Assembly (NCBI GenBank): GCA_965662235.1 | Contig: CBFIGY010000002.1 | Coordinates: 64,001 to 128,000 of the forward strand | From: an uncultured bacterium | Lineage (GTDB): Bacteria > SAR324 > NAC60-12 | DNA length: 64,000 nt | Direction of reading: 5' to 3' | Shown: one piece after another, positions 10,086 through 25,134 of the stretch | How the letters are laid out: every line of letters starts with the position of its first letter | How positions within the stretch are numbered: position 1 is the stretch's first letter | Notes under the pieces: generated by a model | The model's database searches: none | Seen by the model: the letters and a program-made list of their open reading frames with translations, nothing else | What the model was told of the DNA's origin: nothing | Program-made: the position numbers and the translations under genes

Positions 10086-11438
10086 TCAGTCGCTGATGTC
10101 GTAGATGCCGAACTCTTCAAAGTACCGGCACCGCTTCAGGTAGAGGGCAACGACCGGGTCGGCGTAGTTGGTGCCTGTGATCTGGTCAAACAGCTTGTGG
10201 GCGGCGTCTACCTGCTTACTGTGAAAGAGTCGAACGGCGTCTTCAAACACCTGACGGTTCTGATCCTTGGCGTCCCGGACGTACTCTGGGTCCGTGTCAT
10301 AGACCTCATACACTGAAACCAAGCCGTCTCGTCCAGCAACATGAGCCTGATCCACCAAGCGCATGTGGTACACACTGGGGTCCCGGAGCTGCTGGTAGGA
10401 GTGCTCACTGATGAGCAGGCCAACGCCGTATTCCTTGGTGAGGCGCTCAATGCGGGCCGCCACGTTGACGGCATCACTGACCACCGAGCCCTCCATGCGT
10501 TCATTTTCCCCAAGCGTTCCCAGCATCACCCGGCCCGTGTTGATGCCAATGCCAATCTTGATCTGCACGTACCCGGCGCGAACCCGGCCTTCGTTGTAGA
10601 CCTTCAGGGCCCGCAGCATCTCCATTGCTCCCACCAACGCATCATCTGGTCCCTGATTGAACAGGGCCATGATGGCATCCCCGATGAACTTGTCAATCAT
10701 CCCTCCGTTGCGGCGAATGACCGGCCCCATGATGCCTAGGTACGAGTTCAGAAAGCGGAAAATCTCATTGGGCGTCAGGCGTTCCGAAAGGGTGGTGAAG
10801 GAGCGGATGTCGGCAAACAAAACCGAGATATCCGCCTCAATGTGATCCCCAATGCCAACGTCCAAAATGCTGGTCTTGTTGAGCAGCTTGATGAACTCCT
10901 TGGGCACAAAACGCTCATACGCTCGGCTGAGCTGCCCAATCTGCCAGCGGTAGGCCAAGAACTGCCCCATCTGAATCAGCTCATCCGGGTCAAAGGGCTT
11001 CTTCAGCAACAAGAAGCGACTCTCTCCCAACTGCCGGGTCATCTCCACCAAAGGGGTATCGGAGTAGGCGGTCACAATGACAATCTCAATTCCCGGGCTC
11101 GCCTGGATGATCCGGTTCGCCGTTTCCAGCCCGTCAATTCCAGGGGGCATGCGCATGTCAATGAAGGCAATGGCATAGGGGCGCCCTTCCTTGAAGGCCT
11201 GATCCGCCTTTTCCACGCCCTCCAGCCCCTGATGAGCCGTGCAGATTTCAAAGGTAAAGGAGTTCGGCGGACTCACCTTGGCCACCTCCTCCGGGAGGTC
11301 AAAGATCGAGTTGGCCAGACTGTCCAAGGCCACCTGATCGGTGTCAACCGAAGGCGCCAGGATGCTCTTGCAGGACTCTAGAATCTGCGGCTCATCATCA
11401 ATGATCAGTACCCGTAAGGCTTTCACTTCATTGAACAT
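10086..11438 (-). CDS. Receiver domain fused to class III adenylate cyclase
   Basis: REC: LIIDDE, FIDMRMP, VTA, KKP. Cyclase: LFADIRSFT, DKFIGDAIMA, GIGINTG, SDAVNVAARIE. Confidence 0.93.
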   Translation of the reverse strand: MFNEVKALRVLIIDDEPQILESCKSILAPSVDTDQVALDSLANSIFDLPEEVAKVSPPNSFTFEICTAHQGLEGVEKADQAFKEGRPYAIAFIDMRMPPGIDGLETANRIIQASPGIEIVIVTAYSDTPLVEMTRQLGESRFLLLKKPFDPDELIQMGQFLAYRWQIGQLSRAYERFVPKEFIKLLNKTSILDVGIGDHIEADISVLFADIRSFTTLSERLTPNEIFRFLNSYLGIMGPVIRRNGGMIDKFIGDAIMALFNQGPDDALVGAMEMLRALKVYNEGRVRAGYVQIKIGIGINTGRVMLGTLGENERMEGSVVSDAVNVAARIERLTKEYGVGLLISEHSYQQLRDPSVYHMRLVDQAHVAGRDGLVSVYEVYDTDPEYVRDAKDQNRQVFEDAVRLFHSKQVDAAHKLFDQITGTNYADPVVALYLKRCRYFEEFGIYDISD

Positions 11439-11447
11439 CCATGCTCA

Positions 11448-14390
11448 TCACGAAAGAAGTTTCTTGTTCCGACTCCCAAGGCGGAATTGAGATACGACCT
11501 GGTTCAGCCCGGAGGCCAACCCTTTGAGTTGATTGCTGGTGGAGGCATTGGTCTCGGCGAGCTGGCTGTTTTCCTGAGTCACCACGCTCATCTGCTCCAC
11601 AGCAATGTTGATTTCATTCACGCCCAGGGCCTGATCGGCAGCAGCCGACTTGATGGACTCCATCAGCGCGGCCGTTTCAGCTGCCAGGCGCACGATCTCC
11701 TCAAGAGAGTGCTTGGTATCTTCCATGATGTTGTTGCTGGAGTCTACCTGCATCACCGACGCCTGAATCAGTTTCTTGATCTCATCAGCCGAGTCCGTGG
11801 TGTTCTTGGCCAGTCCCTGAATCTCTTCTGCCACCACGGAAAAGCCCTTGCCGTGCTCTCCAGCCCGGGCAGCTTCAATTGAGGCATTGATGGCCAGCAT
11901 CTTGGTCTGGAAGGCAATGTCGCTGATCACAGCAATGATCTTCTGGATGTTCTGAGTCGACTCCCGGATGGCCTGCATGGATCCAGAAAACTCGCTCATC
12001 TGCTGGTTTCCAGACTCTGCAGACTCGTTCATAAACGCCGCCATGCTGTTGGCCTTTTCGGCAATGTCTGCATTCTGAGCGGTCCGCTCCGAAAGCAGAG
12101 AGAGGTTGGAACTGATTTCCTCCAGCGAGGCCGCCTGCTCCGTGGTCCGTTCCGAAAGCTGGTGCCCTGCCGTCGATAGGCTTTCAGCCCCCTGAAGCAC
12201 CTCTAGCGCCGAGTTAGACACCTGCCCCAGGGCTTCGCTGAGACGCAGCATCATCAGCTTCAACGCGTCTGCCATCTTCCCAACCTCATCTTCCTGATCC
12301 ACCTCGACCTCAACCGTCAGGTCTCCCTCTTTGGCAATGGACTCTAGGGCGTCCACGCTTTCAAACAGCGGTGTGGTGATGTCTCCAGAAACCCGTTTGG
12401 CAACAAGCACCAGCAGGAACATCAATCCTGCTCCCAGCAGAACAATGGCCGCAGGAATCGGAAGGATCTTCCATACAATTTCGGCTCGGTCGATTTCTGC
12501 CAAGATGCCCCAACGGACGCCCTGAACGTTCAAAGGCGCATAAGACGAAAGGACCACGTTGCCGTTGTAGTCCGTAATGAACTCGCTCCCGGAGTTGCCC
12601 TTCAAGGCCTCTTGCGAAGCATCCGTCCGCACTCCGTTCTTCCCAACGGTTCCGGCAAACGAAGCACTCACCGAGTGATTGATGGGATCCAGGTAGGAGT
12701 TGGACCGCATGCGGAAGTCAGGCCCCACGAGGTACGTTTCACCGGTTTCCCCCATGCCGGTCCGTTCCTGCATGATGCTGTCAACAGCTTCCAACGGGAG
12801 CTGCAGGGCCACCAGCAACTGCACCTGCCGCTCCGCATCCAACACGGGCTCTGCAATGAAGGCTGCAGGAGCCCCGTTGCTGGGCGCGTAGGGTCTGAAG
12901 TCGGCAAACCCGGCCTGCTTTGTTTCCAAAACCTGTTGGGTCAAGCGCCCGAGGTTCGAGTCGGCATAACGTCCTGTCAGGAGGTTGGTGCCAAAATCGG
13001 CCTCACGCTCCACGGTATAGAAAACATGCCCGTCCGGATTGATCAAGAAGAGATCGTAGTACCCGTAAAGTCCTTTGTACTCTGCATAAAATTCAAGGCC
13101 GCTCTCCAGTTTCGGATTGAAGGCCTCCGCGACCTCCTGTTCCGCCAGAATCGCCCAGCGGTTTTCGCCAAACTGAACCGGAGCCCACGCGCTGAGCACG
13201 TAGGTGTCCCGGTACCCTCGAATGACCCCAACGCCAGACTGTCCGGCCAAGCCCTCCTGCACCGCCTTGGTCTGAACGCTCCCTGCTGCCGGTTTCCTGA
13301 AGGATGTCACCAAGGACCGGTTCACCGGGTCCATCTGCGAGTTCGAACGCATGAGAAAGTCTGCACCCACCAGGTAAGTTTCCCCGGTTTCTCCGAGCCC
13401 GGTTCGGTCGCTCATGATCTCATTGAAGCGGTCCACTGGAAACTGGAAGATCGCCACCCCCACCTTCCGGGAACCTTCAAAGACCGGGGCACCCACAAAG
13501 GCCGCCGGGGCTTGATACGAAGGCCAGTACTGCTTGAAGTCCACCAGCACCACCGGATCCGTTTGGCCTGCCTCATTGGCTCGCCGGAAGACCTCTCCAA
13601 TGTTAGAGTCGGCCACGGAACCAGTCTTTAGGGAGGTGCCGTAGTCCAGTTCCTTGAAAACGGAGTAGACGATGTCGCCGCTGCCCGAGTCCACTAGGAA
13701 GATGTCGTAGTAGCCAAACTCGCTCAGGTAGCTGCGGATGATCGGGTGGACCTGCTCATGGAGGGTGCTGTACGCGGAGCGGTCCTGGGCTCGGTTGAGC
13801 GCATCCTTGTTGCCCAGAGGATTCGGGTTGTTGGCAATGTAGAGGTACTGAGCCACCACCGAGTCGGCATCCAGTCGATCGACCAGCTGATCTACCTCAA
13901 GGGTCGCGCCTTCGTTTTCACGCTGGTACCGAGTCAGGAAGTCTTGGGTGTAGTACTCCCGGACACGCTCGCGCATCGCCGCGAGTCGCTCTGGAGTGAC
14001 TTCGTTCTCTGTGTCCAGTTCCCGGAAGGCCTCGGGGAAGGCACGCATGGCGTCCACCACCATGCGGTTCTGCGAGAAGGTCAGCATCTGCTTCTCAATG
14101 CTCTGGAGGTAGCGTTCCACCTCCAGCCGCTTGCTCTGCCGCACCGCCTCCAGCTTCGAAAGGGCTCCCGCCTGAAAGGTCGCCGCATTCTGAGTCAACA
14201 CGTTGAGGTCCTTGAAACGGTCCTCAAAGTACTGCTCCACCTGCGTCCGCTTCAGCTCCCGGACCGCATCCAGTTGCAGGCTCGCCTGCCCAAACAGCGA
14301 GGAGCTCGCCAGCCAAACACTCACGACCCCGACCACCAGCAACGGACCTCCTCCAGCGACCACCAAGAGCCAAAGGAGTTTTTGGTGCAT
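11448..14390 (-). CDS. Methyl-accepting chemotaxis protein with two dCache-type sensor modules and HAMP
   Basis: Duplicated GYYD.FL, APAAF and GETGETYLVG blocks; HAMP (DEVG); MCP tip. Start is ATG 14390 (AAGGA RBS) or 14420. Confidence 0.92.
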   Translation of the reverse strand: MHQKLLWLLVVAGGGPLLVVGVVSVWLASSSLFGQASLQLDAVRELKRTQVEQYFEDRFKDLNVLTQNAATFQAGALSKLEAVRQSKRLEVERYLQSIEKQMLTFSQNRMVVDAMRAFPEAFRELDTENEVTPERLAAMRERVREYYTQDFLTRYQRENEGATLEVDQLVDRLDADSVVAQYLYIANNPNPLGNKDALNRAQDRSAYSTLHEQVHPIIRSYLSEFGYYDIFLVDSGSGDIVYSVFKELDYGTSLKTGSVADSNIGEVFRRANEAGQTDPVVLVDFKQYWPSYQAPAAFVGAPVFEGSRKVGVAIFQFPVDRFNEIMSDRTGLGETGETYLVGADFLMRSNSQMDPVNRSLVTSFRKPAAGSVQTKAVQEGLAGQSGVGVIRGYRDTYVLSAWAPVQFGENRWAILAEQEVAEAFNPKLESGLEFYAEYKGLYGYYDLFLINPDGHVFYTVEREADFGTNLLTGRYADSNLGRLTQQVLETKQAGFADFRPYAPSNGAPAAFIAEPVLDAERQVQLLVALQLPLEAVDSIMQERTGMGETGETYLVGPDFRMRSNSYLDPINHSVSASFAGTVGKNGVRTDASQEALKGNSGSEFITDYNGNVVLSSYAPLNVQGVRWGILAEIDRAEIVWKILPIPAAIVLLGAGLMFLLVLVAKRVSGDITTPLFESVDALESIAKEGDLTVEVEVDQEDEVGKMADALKLMMLRLSEALGQVSNSALEVLQGAESLSTAGHQLSERTTEQAASLEEISSNLSLLSERTAQNADIAEKANSMAAFMNESAESGNQQMSEFSGSMQAIRESTQNIQKIIAVISDIAFQTKMLAINASIEAARAGEHGKGFSVVAEEIQGLAKNTTDSADEIKKLIQASVMQVDSSNNIMEDTKHSLEEIVRLAAETAALMESIKSAAADQALGVNEINIAVEQMSVVTQENSQLAETNASTSNQLKGLASGLNQVVSQFRLGSRNKKLLS

Positions 14391-14428
14391 CGGAATGTCC
14401 TTCAATCGAAAATTGACCATGGGTAACC

Positions 14429-14436
14429 TTATCGGC
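14429..14436 (-). promoter_or_regulatory. Sigma28 (FliA)-type -10 box GCCGATAA
   Basis: Perfect GCCGATAA upstream of the MCP-cyclase-kinase-cheA run; no TAAA -35 at the canonical spacing. Confidence 0.5.
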
Positions 14437-14540
14437 TCAGCAAAGGATGGCGGGGAGTCCTCCCATTCGCACTAAAACGTTTTGGTTTCATGACGTTTGG
14501 GCTCGACGGAAGAAGATTTCGATCTATTTTGATGGAGGCC

Positions 14541-14563
14541 TCGGCCTTTGGGTCAAAGGCCGA
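14541..14563. other. Perfect 10-bp-stem inverted repeat 3' of the CheX-like gene (RNA hairpin, no U-tract)
   Basis: tcggcctttg-ggt-caaaggccga. Confidence 0.6.
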
Positions 14564-14580
14564 CTGTCAGGAGGCGGAGG

Positions 14581-15147
14581 TCAGTTGGGGATTTCAATAT
14601 CGTTGAAGCTCGCGAACTCGGTCTTCTCAATGAAGAACTCAATGTGGAAGGGGAGTTCGTCTCCGAGCTTGAAGGAGAGGCGCCGACACTGAGAGTCCAG
14701 CATGACGGTGTCCTGCACCGACAGCAGAATGGAGTCCTGCACCCAAATGGCTTTGGGCTGTTTGTTGATGGCCGAGAGGCCGTAGATGCGCTGGATCTGC
14801 TGACGGACCTGGCCACTGACCTGATTGACCAGCTCGCCAATGCTGTCCAGAACCTCTTCATGGGAGGCGTCATCAACCAGCTCTTCTTCCGGCATGCCCA
14901 TGAACATCATGGAGGTACGGTAGAAGGCCAGAGCTGATTCGGCTTCAAAGTTGACAATGATCAGCCCCGAGTAGTCGCCACCAAACTGCACGAAGCAGCC
15001 GATGTCCGGACGGAGGTGAATGGAGGGAACGCGTTGAACCGAGGGGGCCAGGTACACCGAGGACCCGGTGCTGCGTTGGATCACCTCCACGCCAGCGGTT
15101 CCAATGATCTTGGCAATGATATCGGCCGTATCCGATGCTTGACTCAT
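14581..15147 (-). CDS. CheX-like / DUF3334-family protein (putative CheY-P phosphatase)
   Basis: LRPDIGCFVQFGGDYSGL..NF and EEVLDSIGELVNQVSG (E-x-x-N phosphatase motif); next to cheY. Confidence 0.75.
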   Translation of the reverse strand: MSQASDTADIIAKIIGTAGVEVIQRSTGSSVYLAPSVQRVPSIHLRPDIGCFVQFGGDYSGLIIVNFEAESALAFYRTSMMFMGMPEEELVDDASHEEVLDSIGELVNQVSGQVRQQIQRIYGLSAINKQPKAIWVQDSILLSVQDTVMLDSQCRRLSFKLGDELPFHIEFFIEKTEFASFNDIEIPN

Positions 15148-15226
15148 GAAAACTCCAAATACAGATTCGGTGGGAGAGGAGCGGTGGGGGAAGGCGACCA
15201 CGCGCCCTCCCGTGGGAATAGGTCGA

Positions 15227-15607
15227 TCAAGCGAAGATCTTGTCCAGCTTGCCCTTCATCGTCTGCGCGTCAAAGGGCTTGACGACGTAGTCGTTTACCC
15301 CGGCCTTTGCCGCTGCCACAATGTTTTCCTGGAGGGCCTCTGCGGTGACCATGAGCACCGGGATGTGCTTGAGGTCTGGATCCGCTCGGATGGTCTTGAG
15401 CAGCTCCAGACCAGACATCTTCGGCATGTTCCAGTCGGTGACCACAAAGTCGAACTGACTGGCTTTGAGTTGAGCCAGAGCCGTGGTGCCGTCATCTGCA
15501 TCTTCCACGTTGGCAAAGCCCAGCTGTTTCAAAATATTCCGCACAATTCGGCGCATTGTGGCAAAGTCGTCCACAATCAGGATCCGCATGTTGGGGTCTG
15601 CAGGCAT
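15227..15607 (-). CDS. cheY: Chemotaxis response regulator CheY
   Basis: [30 protein letters not shown]. Confidence 0.97.
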   Translation of the reverse strand: MPADPNMRILIVDDFATMRRIVRNILKQLGFANVEDADDGTTALAQLKASQFDFVVTDWNMPKMSGLELLKTIRADPDLKHIPVLMVTAEALQENIVAAAKAGVNDYVVKPFDAQTMKGKLDKIFA

Positions 15608-15654
15608 GAAAACCTCGAATATGAATAATGTTAATAGTCAACAAAGGCAGGTGA

Positions 15655-15683
15655 AGAGTAGAAGCTTGTCTACCGGTTCTCAA
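15655..15683 (-). promoter_or_regulatory. Putative sigma70 promoter for cheY
   Basis: TTGAGA-N17-TACTCT on minus strand. Confidence 0.5.
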
Positions 15684-15774
15684 GTCAAAACCTGCACCGG
15701 CCCTGACTGTCTTCCCAAACCGGAACCCCCCAGCCCCCTCAAGCAGGATTGAGGCCGTTCTCTTCAAAAACCTC

Positions 15775-15803
15775 TTGACTTCCCCAAAAATACGCGGTAA
15801 CTC
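15775..15803 (+). promoter_or_regulatory. Putative sigma70 promoter for rpoB
   Basis: TTGACT-N17-TAACTC, about 335 nt upstream of the ATG. Confidence 0.4.
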
Positions 15804-16138
15804 TATGAGTTTGGTTTTTATTACCAGATCACCCCACGAAATCATCTCGCCCCAGTGAAGGAACTCCCCCAAGCACTTCAGGTGCTCGCCATGTGTCCGC
15901 ACGTTCACCCCTCAGGCGCCTTCGGTCGTTCTGTTTCTCAGAGCACACCGCCTTCATTTCCAGATCACGCCATCACACGACGGGGCATTTCTCGTCTACA
16001 CCCCGACGCCCGCCGCTGGGGAGACACTTGGGAAGGGAGCAAATTGCCCGGAGGGGCCCGGGCCTTGATCCGCCTTTCCGGGCAGCGCTAGCTGTTGCCC
16101 CGGGATCTTGAACGCACCAAAATTTTGCAGGAAGGTTT

Positions 16139-19100
16139 ATGTCGTTACTTCGGAACCGTCACCGCATCCGTCGCTCCTTCGGAAAGATCAATCCGCCGAT
16201 CGGTGTTCCGCACATGCTGCGCATTCAGCTCGACTCCTACGAGCGGTTTCTTCAGCGCGATGTGCCCCCCGACCAGCGTCGGAAAGAAGGACTGGAAGCG
16301 GTGTTCCGCTCGGTGTTCCCCATCTCCGACTTCAGCGGACTGTCGACCCTTGAGTACGTGCACTACCGCCTAGGCGACCCCAAGTACAATGTCGAGGAGT
16401 GCCGGGTCCGAGGGGTTACCTTTGCCTGCCCCATCCGTGTGGCCCTGCGCCTGATCGTCTGGGAAAAGGAGGACGGCTCCGGACAGAAGCACATCAAGGA
16501 GATCAAGGAGCAAGACATCTACCTAGGGGAAATTCCCCTGATGACCCCAACCGGATCCTTCATCATCAACGGCACCGAGCGGGTCATTGTCAGCCAGATG
16601 CACAAGAGCCCCGGGGTCTTCTTCACCCACGACAAGGGAAAGGGCAACGCCGGTGGCAAGCTGCTGTATGCCGCTCGCCTGATCCCCCAGCGGGGCTCCT
16701 GGCTCGATTTCGAATTTGACACCAAGGACCTCCTCAACGTTCGCATCGACCGGCGGCGCAAGCTTCCGGCGACCATCCTCCTCAAGGCCCTGGGGCTCAA
16801 TGAGGAAGAGATCCTTGAAAAGTTCTACCAGTTTGAGTATCTGGAACTGACCGAAGTCGATACCGCCCTCGAGCTTGAGGCCCAGCATTTCTACAAGAAG
16901 CTGGACGCGACCACCTCACTGGACTACCGAACCACGCTCCCGATTGTCAATGAAGAGACCGGTGAGCTGCTGGCGAAGCCCAACACCCGTTTGAACCGCC
17001 GACAGCTCTCCAAGCTGGAAGCCGCCGGCGTCACCCGCATTCCCATCACCTGGGACGAGATCAAGGGACGCATTGCCGCCAAGACCATCACCGTTGACGG
17101 CAAGGTCTTGATTCAGTGCAATGCTCCGCTGACCGCCGAGAGCGTCCGGGCCCTCATTGAAAACGGTATCCAGAACATTGAGGTCCTCCACACCGGCGCC
17201 CAAACCGTTGGCGCTGCTCTGCATGAAACCATGTCCCTAGACAAAGTGCAGAGCCCGGATCAGGCCAAGATTGAGCTGTACAAGCGCATGAAGCCTGGCG
17301 ATCCCCCGACCCTCGAAGCCGCCGAGGCGATGCTCCGCAACTTCTTCTTCAGCGATGAGCGCTACAGCCTCAGCCGTGTGGGCCGTCTGAAGATCAACAA
17401 GAAGCTGGGCCTTGACTACTCCCTCGACCAGCAGGTCCTGACCGTCACCGACATCCTTGAAACCGTCCGCTACCTCCTCGAACTCCGGGAAGGACACCCG
17501 AAGCGTCAGGTCGATGACATCGACCACCTCGGCAACCGCCGGGTCCGGAGCGTTGGAGAGCTGCTGGAGACACAGTTCCGCATTGGCCTCGTCCGCATGG
17601 AGCGCACCATCAAGGAGCGCATGTCCCTGCATGACGCCGAGTCGATGATGCTGCACGACCTTGTGAACGCCAAGCCCGTCGCCGGAGCCATCCACGAGTT
17701 CTTCGGCTCCAGCCAGCTGTCACAGTTCATGGACCAGACCAACCCGCTCTCTGAAATCACCCACAAGCGCCGCCTGAGCGCCCTGGGTCCAGGGGGTCTG
17801 ACGCGAGAACGCGCCGGCTTCGACGTCCGGGACGTCCACTCCTCGCACTACGGACGCATCTGCCCGATTGAAACACCGGAAGGTCCCAACATCGGCCTGA
17901 TTGCCTCCTTGGCCACCTATGGACGGATCAACGAGTTTGGCTTCATCGAAACGCCGTACCTGAAGGTGGAAGAAGGCGTGGTCACCGAGCGCATTGAGTT
18001 CCTGAGCGCCATCGAAGAAGACCAGTTCAAGATCGCCCAGGCCAACTCTCCAATGGACGAGAACCGTCGTCTGACCGAAGAGTTTGTGAGCGTCCGGATC
18101 GGTAGCGAGTTCAGCACCATCCAGAACGACCAGGTCGACTACATGGACGTCGCACCGTCCCAGCTGGTCTCCATTGCCGCCAGCCTGATTCCCTTCCTTG
18201 AGCACGACGACGCCAACCGGGCGCTCATGGGAAGCAACATGCAGCGCCAAGGGGTGCCGCTGGTTCGCTCGAACGCCCCACTCGTTGGGACCGGAGTTGA
18301 GCACCAAGCAGCCGTTGACTCCGGAACCTGCATCGTCGCTAAGCGAAGTGGCGTGGTGGACAGCGCCGACGCCGGCCGGATTGTCATTCAGGCCGACGTG
18401 GACCTGGCTGCTGAAGAAGGAGTCGTCCCGGCCAACGTGGACATTTACCACCTCGTCAAGTACCGCCGGAGCAACCAAAACACCGTCATCAACCAGCGCC
18501 CGATTGTACGACGGGGCGACCTCATCAAGGCCGGAGACGTGATTGCCGATGGTGCCAGCACCGAAAGCGGCGAGCTGGCCTTAGGGCAAAACGTCCTCAT
18601 CGCCTTCATGCCCTGGAACGGTTACAACTTCGAGGACTCCATCATGGTGTCCCAGCGGGTCCTCAGCGACGACGTCTACACGTCCATCCACATCGATGTG
18701 CTGGACACCGTGGCGCGTGACACCAAGCTCGGCAAGGAAGAGATCACCCGGGACCTCCCGAACGTCGGTGAAGAGGCCCTCCGGAACCTGGACGAAAGTG
18801 GCATCATCCGCATCGGGACCTACGTCCGGACCGGAGACATCCTTGTCGGCAAGGTGACCCCCAAGGGCGAAACCCAGCTCAACCCGGAAGAGAAGCTCCT
18901 GCGAGCGATCTTCGGTGAGAAGGCCGGAGACGTCCGCGACACCAGCCTCCGGGTCCCTCAGGGCATGGAAGGTGTGGTCACCGACGTTGTCGTCTTCAAC
19001 CGAGAAGGCGTGGAGCGCGACGAGCGGACCAAGCAGATTGAAGCCGAAACCCTCGCCAAGTTGGAAAAGGACCACCGCGACGAGATCCGCATCGTCCAGA

Positions 19101-20374
19101 CCAACCTAGCCCGTCGCGTCGCGTCCCTTGCTTCTGGAGACAGTCTGGCCCGAGACGTGGTGGACCTGCAGGGAGAGACCCTGGCCAAGCGTGGAGATTC
19201 CGTTTCTGACGAGCTCCTGCAGGGCATCCCCCTGCGCTGCTGGGATCAGGTGGTGGTCAATGAAGACAAGGGCAACGTCCAAAACCAGATTGCCACCCTC
19301 GTCCGCAACGCTCTGCAGCAGATGTACATGCTGGAGAACCTCTTCCAGGATCGCTGTGAGAAGGTTTCCAAGGGCGACGATCTGCCTCCGGGCGTGATCC
19401 GCATGGTCAAGGTCTACATTGCCACCAAGCGCAAGCTCAGCGTCGGTGATAAAATGGCCGGACGGCACGGAAACAAAGGGGTTGTGTCCACCATCCAGCC
19501 GGTGGAAAACATGCCCTACCTGCAAGACGGAACTCCGGTTGACATCGTTCTCAACCCGCTGGGCGTTCCCAGCCGGATGAACATCGGACAGGTTCTGGAA
19601 ACCCACTTGGGCCGGGTTTCCATGGGACTGGGTCAGAAGATCCAAGTCATGCTGGAGCAGTCTCGACAGGAAGCCGCTCAGGAGATCCGGGCCTTCTTTG
19701 GCAAGATCTATGAGAGCCCGGAAGTAGACGGTCACCTAGCGGCCATGGACGATGAGGCGCTGCTGGAGTTTGCCCGCAAGTACCGCAAGGGCATCCCCAT
19801 GGCAACTCCGGTCTTTGATGGCGCCCATGAAACCGACATCCACCGCATGGCTGACTTGGCCGAGCTGCCCAAGTCCGGACAGGTCTGGCTGTACGACGGC
19901 ATGACCGGTGAGCAGTTCGACCAGAAGGTCACCGTTGGGGTCGCTTACATCCTCAAGCTGCACCACCTTGTCGATGAGAAGATCCACGCGCGCTCCATTG
20001 GACCGTACAGCTTGGTCACGCAGCAGCCGCTGGGTGGAAAGGCACAGTTCGGAGGCCAGCGCTTCGGCGAGATGGAGGTCTGGGCCCTGGAGGCGTACGG
20101 CGCCGCACACACCCTCCGTGAGCTGCTGACGGTCAAATCCGACGACGTCCACGGGCGTAACAAGATTTACGAAAACATCGTCAAAGGCAAACACACCGGC
20201 GAAACCGGACTTCCGGAGTCGTTCAAGGTGCTCATCAGCGAGCTCAAGAGCCTGTGCCTCAACATTGAGCTGCTGCAGGAAGTTGAGCCCGAAGAGGCGG
20301 AAGCAGAAGAGACCACCCCGGCTGAGCAGACCACCAGCGCCGAGGCGACGCCTTCTGATGAAGTCCCCGCTTAA
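16139..20374 (+). CDS. rpoB: RNA polymerase beta subunit
   Basis: [55 protein letters not shown]. Confidence 0.99.
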   Translation: MSLLRNRHRIRRSFGKINPPIGVPHMLRIQLDSYERFLQRDVPPDQRRKEGLEAVFRSVFPISDFSGLSTLEYVHYRLGDPKYNVEECRVRGVTFACPIRVALRLIVWEKEDGSGQKHIKEIKEQDIYLGEIPLMTPTGSFIINGTERVIVSQMHKSPGVFFTHDKGKGNAGGKLLYAARLIPQRGSWLDFEFDTKDLLNVRIDRRRKLPATILLKALGLNEEEILEKFYQFEYLELTEVDTALELEAQHFYKKLDATTSLDYRTTLPIVNEETGELLAKPNTRLNRRQLSKLEAAGVTRIPITWDEIKGRIAAKTITVDGKVLIQCNAPLTAESVRALIENGIQNIEVLHTGAQTVGAALHETMSLDKVQSPDQAKIELYKRMKPGDPPTLEAAEAMLRNFFFSDERYSLSRVGRLKINKKLGLDYSLDQQVLTVTDILETVRYLLELREGHPKRQVDDIDHLGNRRVRSVGELLETQFRIGLVRMERTIKERMSLHDAESMMLHDLVNAKPVAGAIHEFFGSSQLSQFMDQTNPLSEITHKRRLSALGPGGLTRERAGFDVRDVHSSHYGRICPIETPEGPNIGLIASLATYGRINEFGFIETPYLKVEEGVVTERIEFLSAIEEDQFKIAQANSPMDENRRLTEEFVSVRIGSEFSTIQNDQVDYMDVAPSQLVSIAASLIPFLEHDDANRALMGSNMQRQGVPLVRSNAPLVGTGVEHQAAVDSGTCIVAKRSGVVDSADAGRIVIQADVDLAAEEGVVPANVDIYHLVKYRRSNQNTVINQRPIVRRGDLIKAGDVIADGASTESGELALGQNVLIAFMPWNGYNFEDSIMVSQRVLSDDVYTSIHIDVLDTVARDTKLGKEEITRDLPNVGEEALRNLDESGIIRIGTYVRTGDILVGKVTPKGETQLNPEEKLLRAIFGEKAGDVRDTSLRVPQGMEGVVTDVVVFNREGVERDERTKQIEAETLAKLEKDHRDEIRIVQTNLARRVASLASGDSLARDVVDLQGETLAKRGDSVSDELLQGIPLRCWDQVVVNEDKGNVQNQIATLVRNALQQMYMLENLFQDRCEKVSKGDDLPPGVIRMVKVYIATKRKLSVGDKMAGRHGNKGVVSTIQPVENMPYLQDGTPVDIVLNPLGVPSRMNIGQVLETHLGRVSMGLGQKIQVMLEQSRQEAAQEIRAFFGKIYESPEVDGHLAAMDDEALLEFARKYRKGIPMATPVFDGAHETDIHRMADLAELPKSGQVWLYDGMTGEQFDQKVTVGVAYILKLHHLVDEKIHARSIGPYSLVTQQPLGGKAQFGGQRFGEMEVWALEAYGAAHTLRELLTVKSDDVHGRNKIYENIVKGKHTGETGLPESFKVLISELKSLCLNIELLQEVEPEEAEAEETTPAEQTTSAEATPSDEVPA

Positions 20375-20473
20375 CCCGATGTTTTGATCAAGCGGGCGGC
20401 TTCTTCACAGCCTCCGCCTGAATTTCTCAAGGACCGCACGGGCCCCTTTCCGGGGCCCCTCATAGGAGAAGCG

Positions 20474-24700
<4,227 letters not shown>

Positions 24701-25132
24701 GTGGCACGTTTTCCCGAACTCCCCCCTTGCTTTCGCCTGGAGTTGGAGGTTCGGGATTACGAGCTGGACCGATTTGGGGTGGTGAACAATGCGGTCTACC
24801 AAAATTACCTCGAGCATGCGCGCCACCAGTACCTGCAGTCTCGAGGCATCAACCTCGACTCTCTGTATCAGCAGGGATACACTCCGGTAGTCACTCAAGC
24901 GGAGATCGCCTACCGAAATTCACTGCAAAGCGGAGATCGTTTTGTGGTCACGCTTGCTGTGGAAACCCTCAGTCGTATCAAGTTTGTGTTCCTTCAAACC
25001 CTGGTACGGGAGCGCCCGCCTCACCCTATTGTCTGGTCCCGCATCTCCGGGACCGTCCTCAACGCCTCTGGACGTCCTGAGTTTCCGCCTGACTTCCAGC
25101 TTCTTCACGCTGATCTTACCCTGAACACCTGA
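24701..25132 (+). CDS. Acyl-CoA thioesterase (YbgC/FadM-like hotdog fold)
   Basis: VRDYELD..GVVNNAVYQNYLEHAR. Confidence 0.88.
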   Translation: MARFPELPPCFRLELEVRDYELDRFGVVNNAVYQNYLEHARHQYLQSRGINLDSLYQQGYTPVVTQAEIAYRNSLQSGDRFVVTLAVETLSRIKFVFLQTLVRERPPHPIVWSRISGTVLNASGRPEFPPDFQLLHADLTLNT

Positions 25133-25134
25133 TT

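Noticed and set aside
20384..20473. ORF-track N-terminal extensions (rpoC; likewise cheW, gap, PaaI, helicase, infA, 53227 ORF)
   Set aside because: Downstream starts have better RBSs or match family N-termini; the extensions overlap neighbours or promoter regions.
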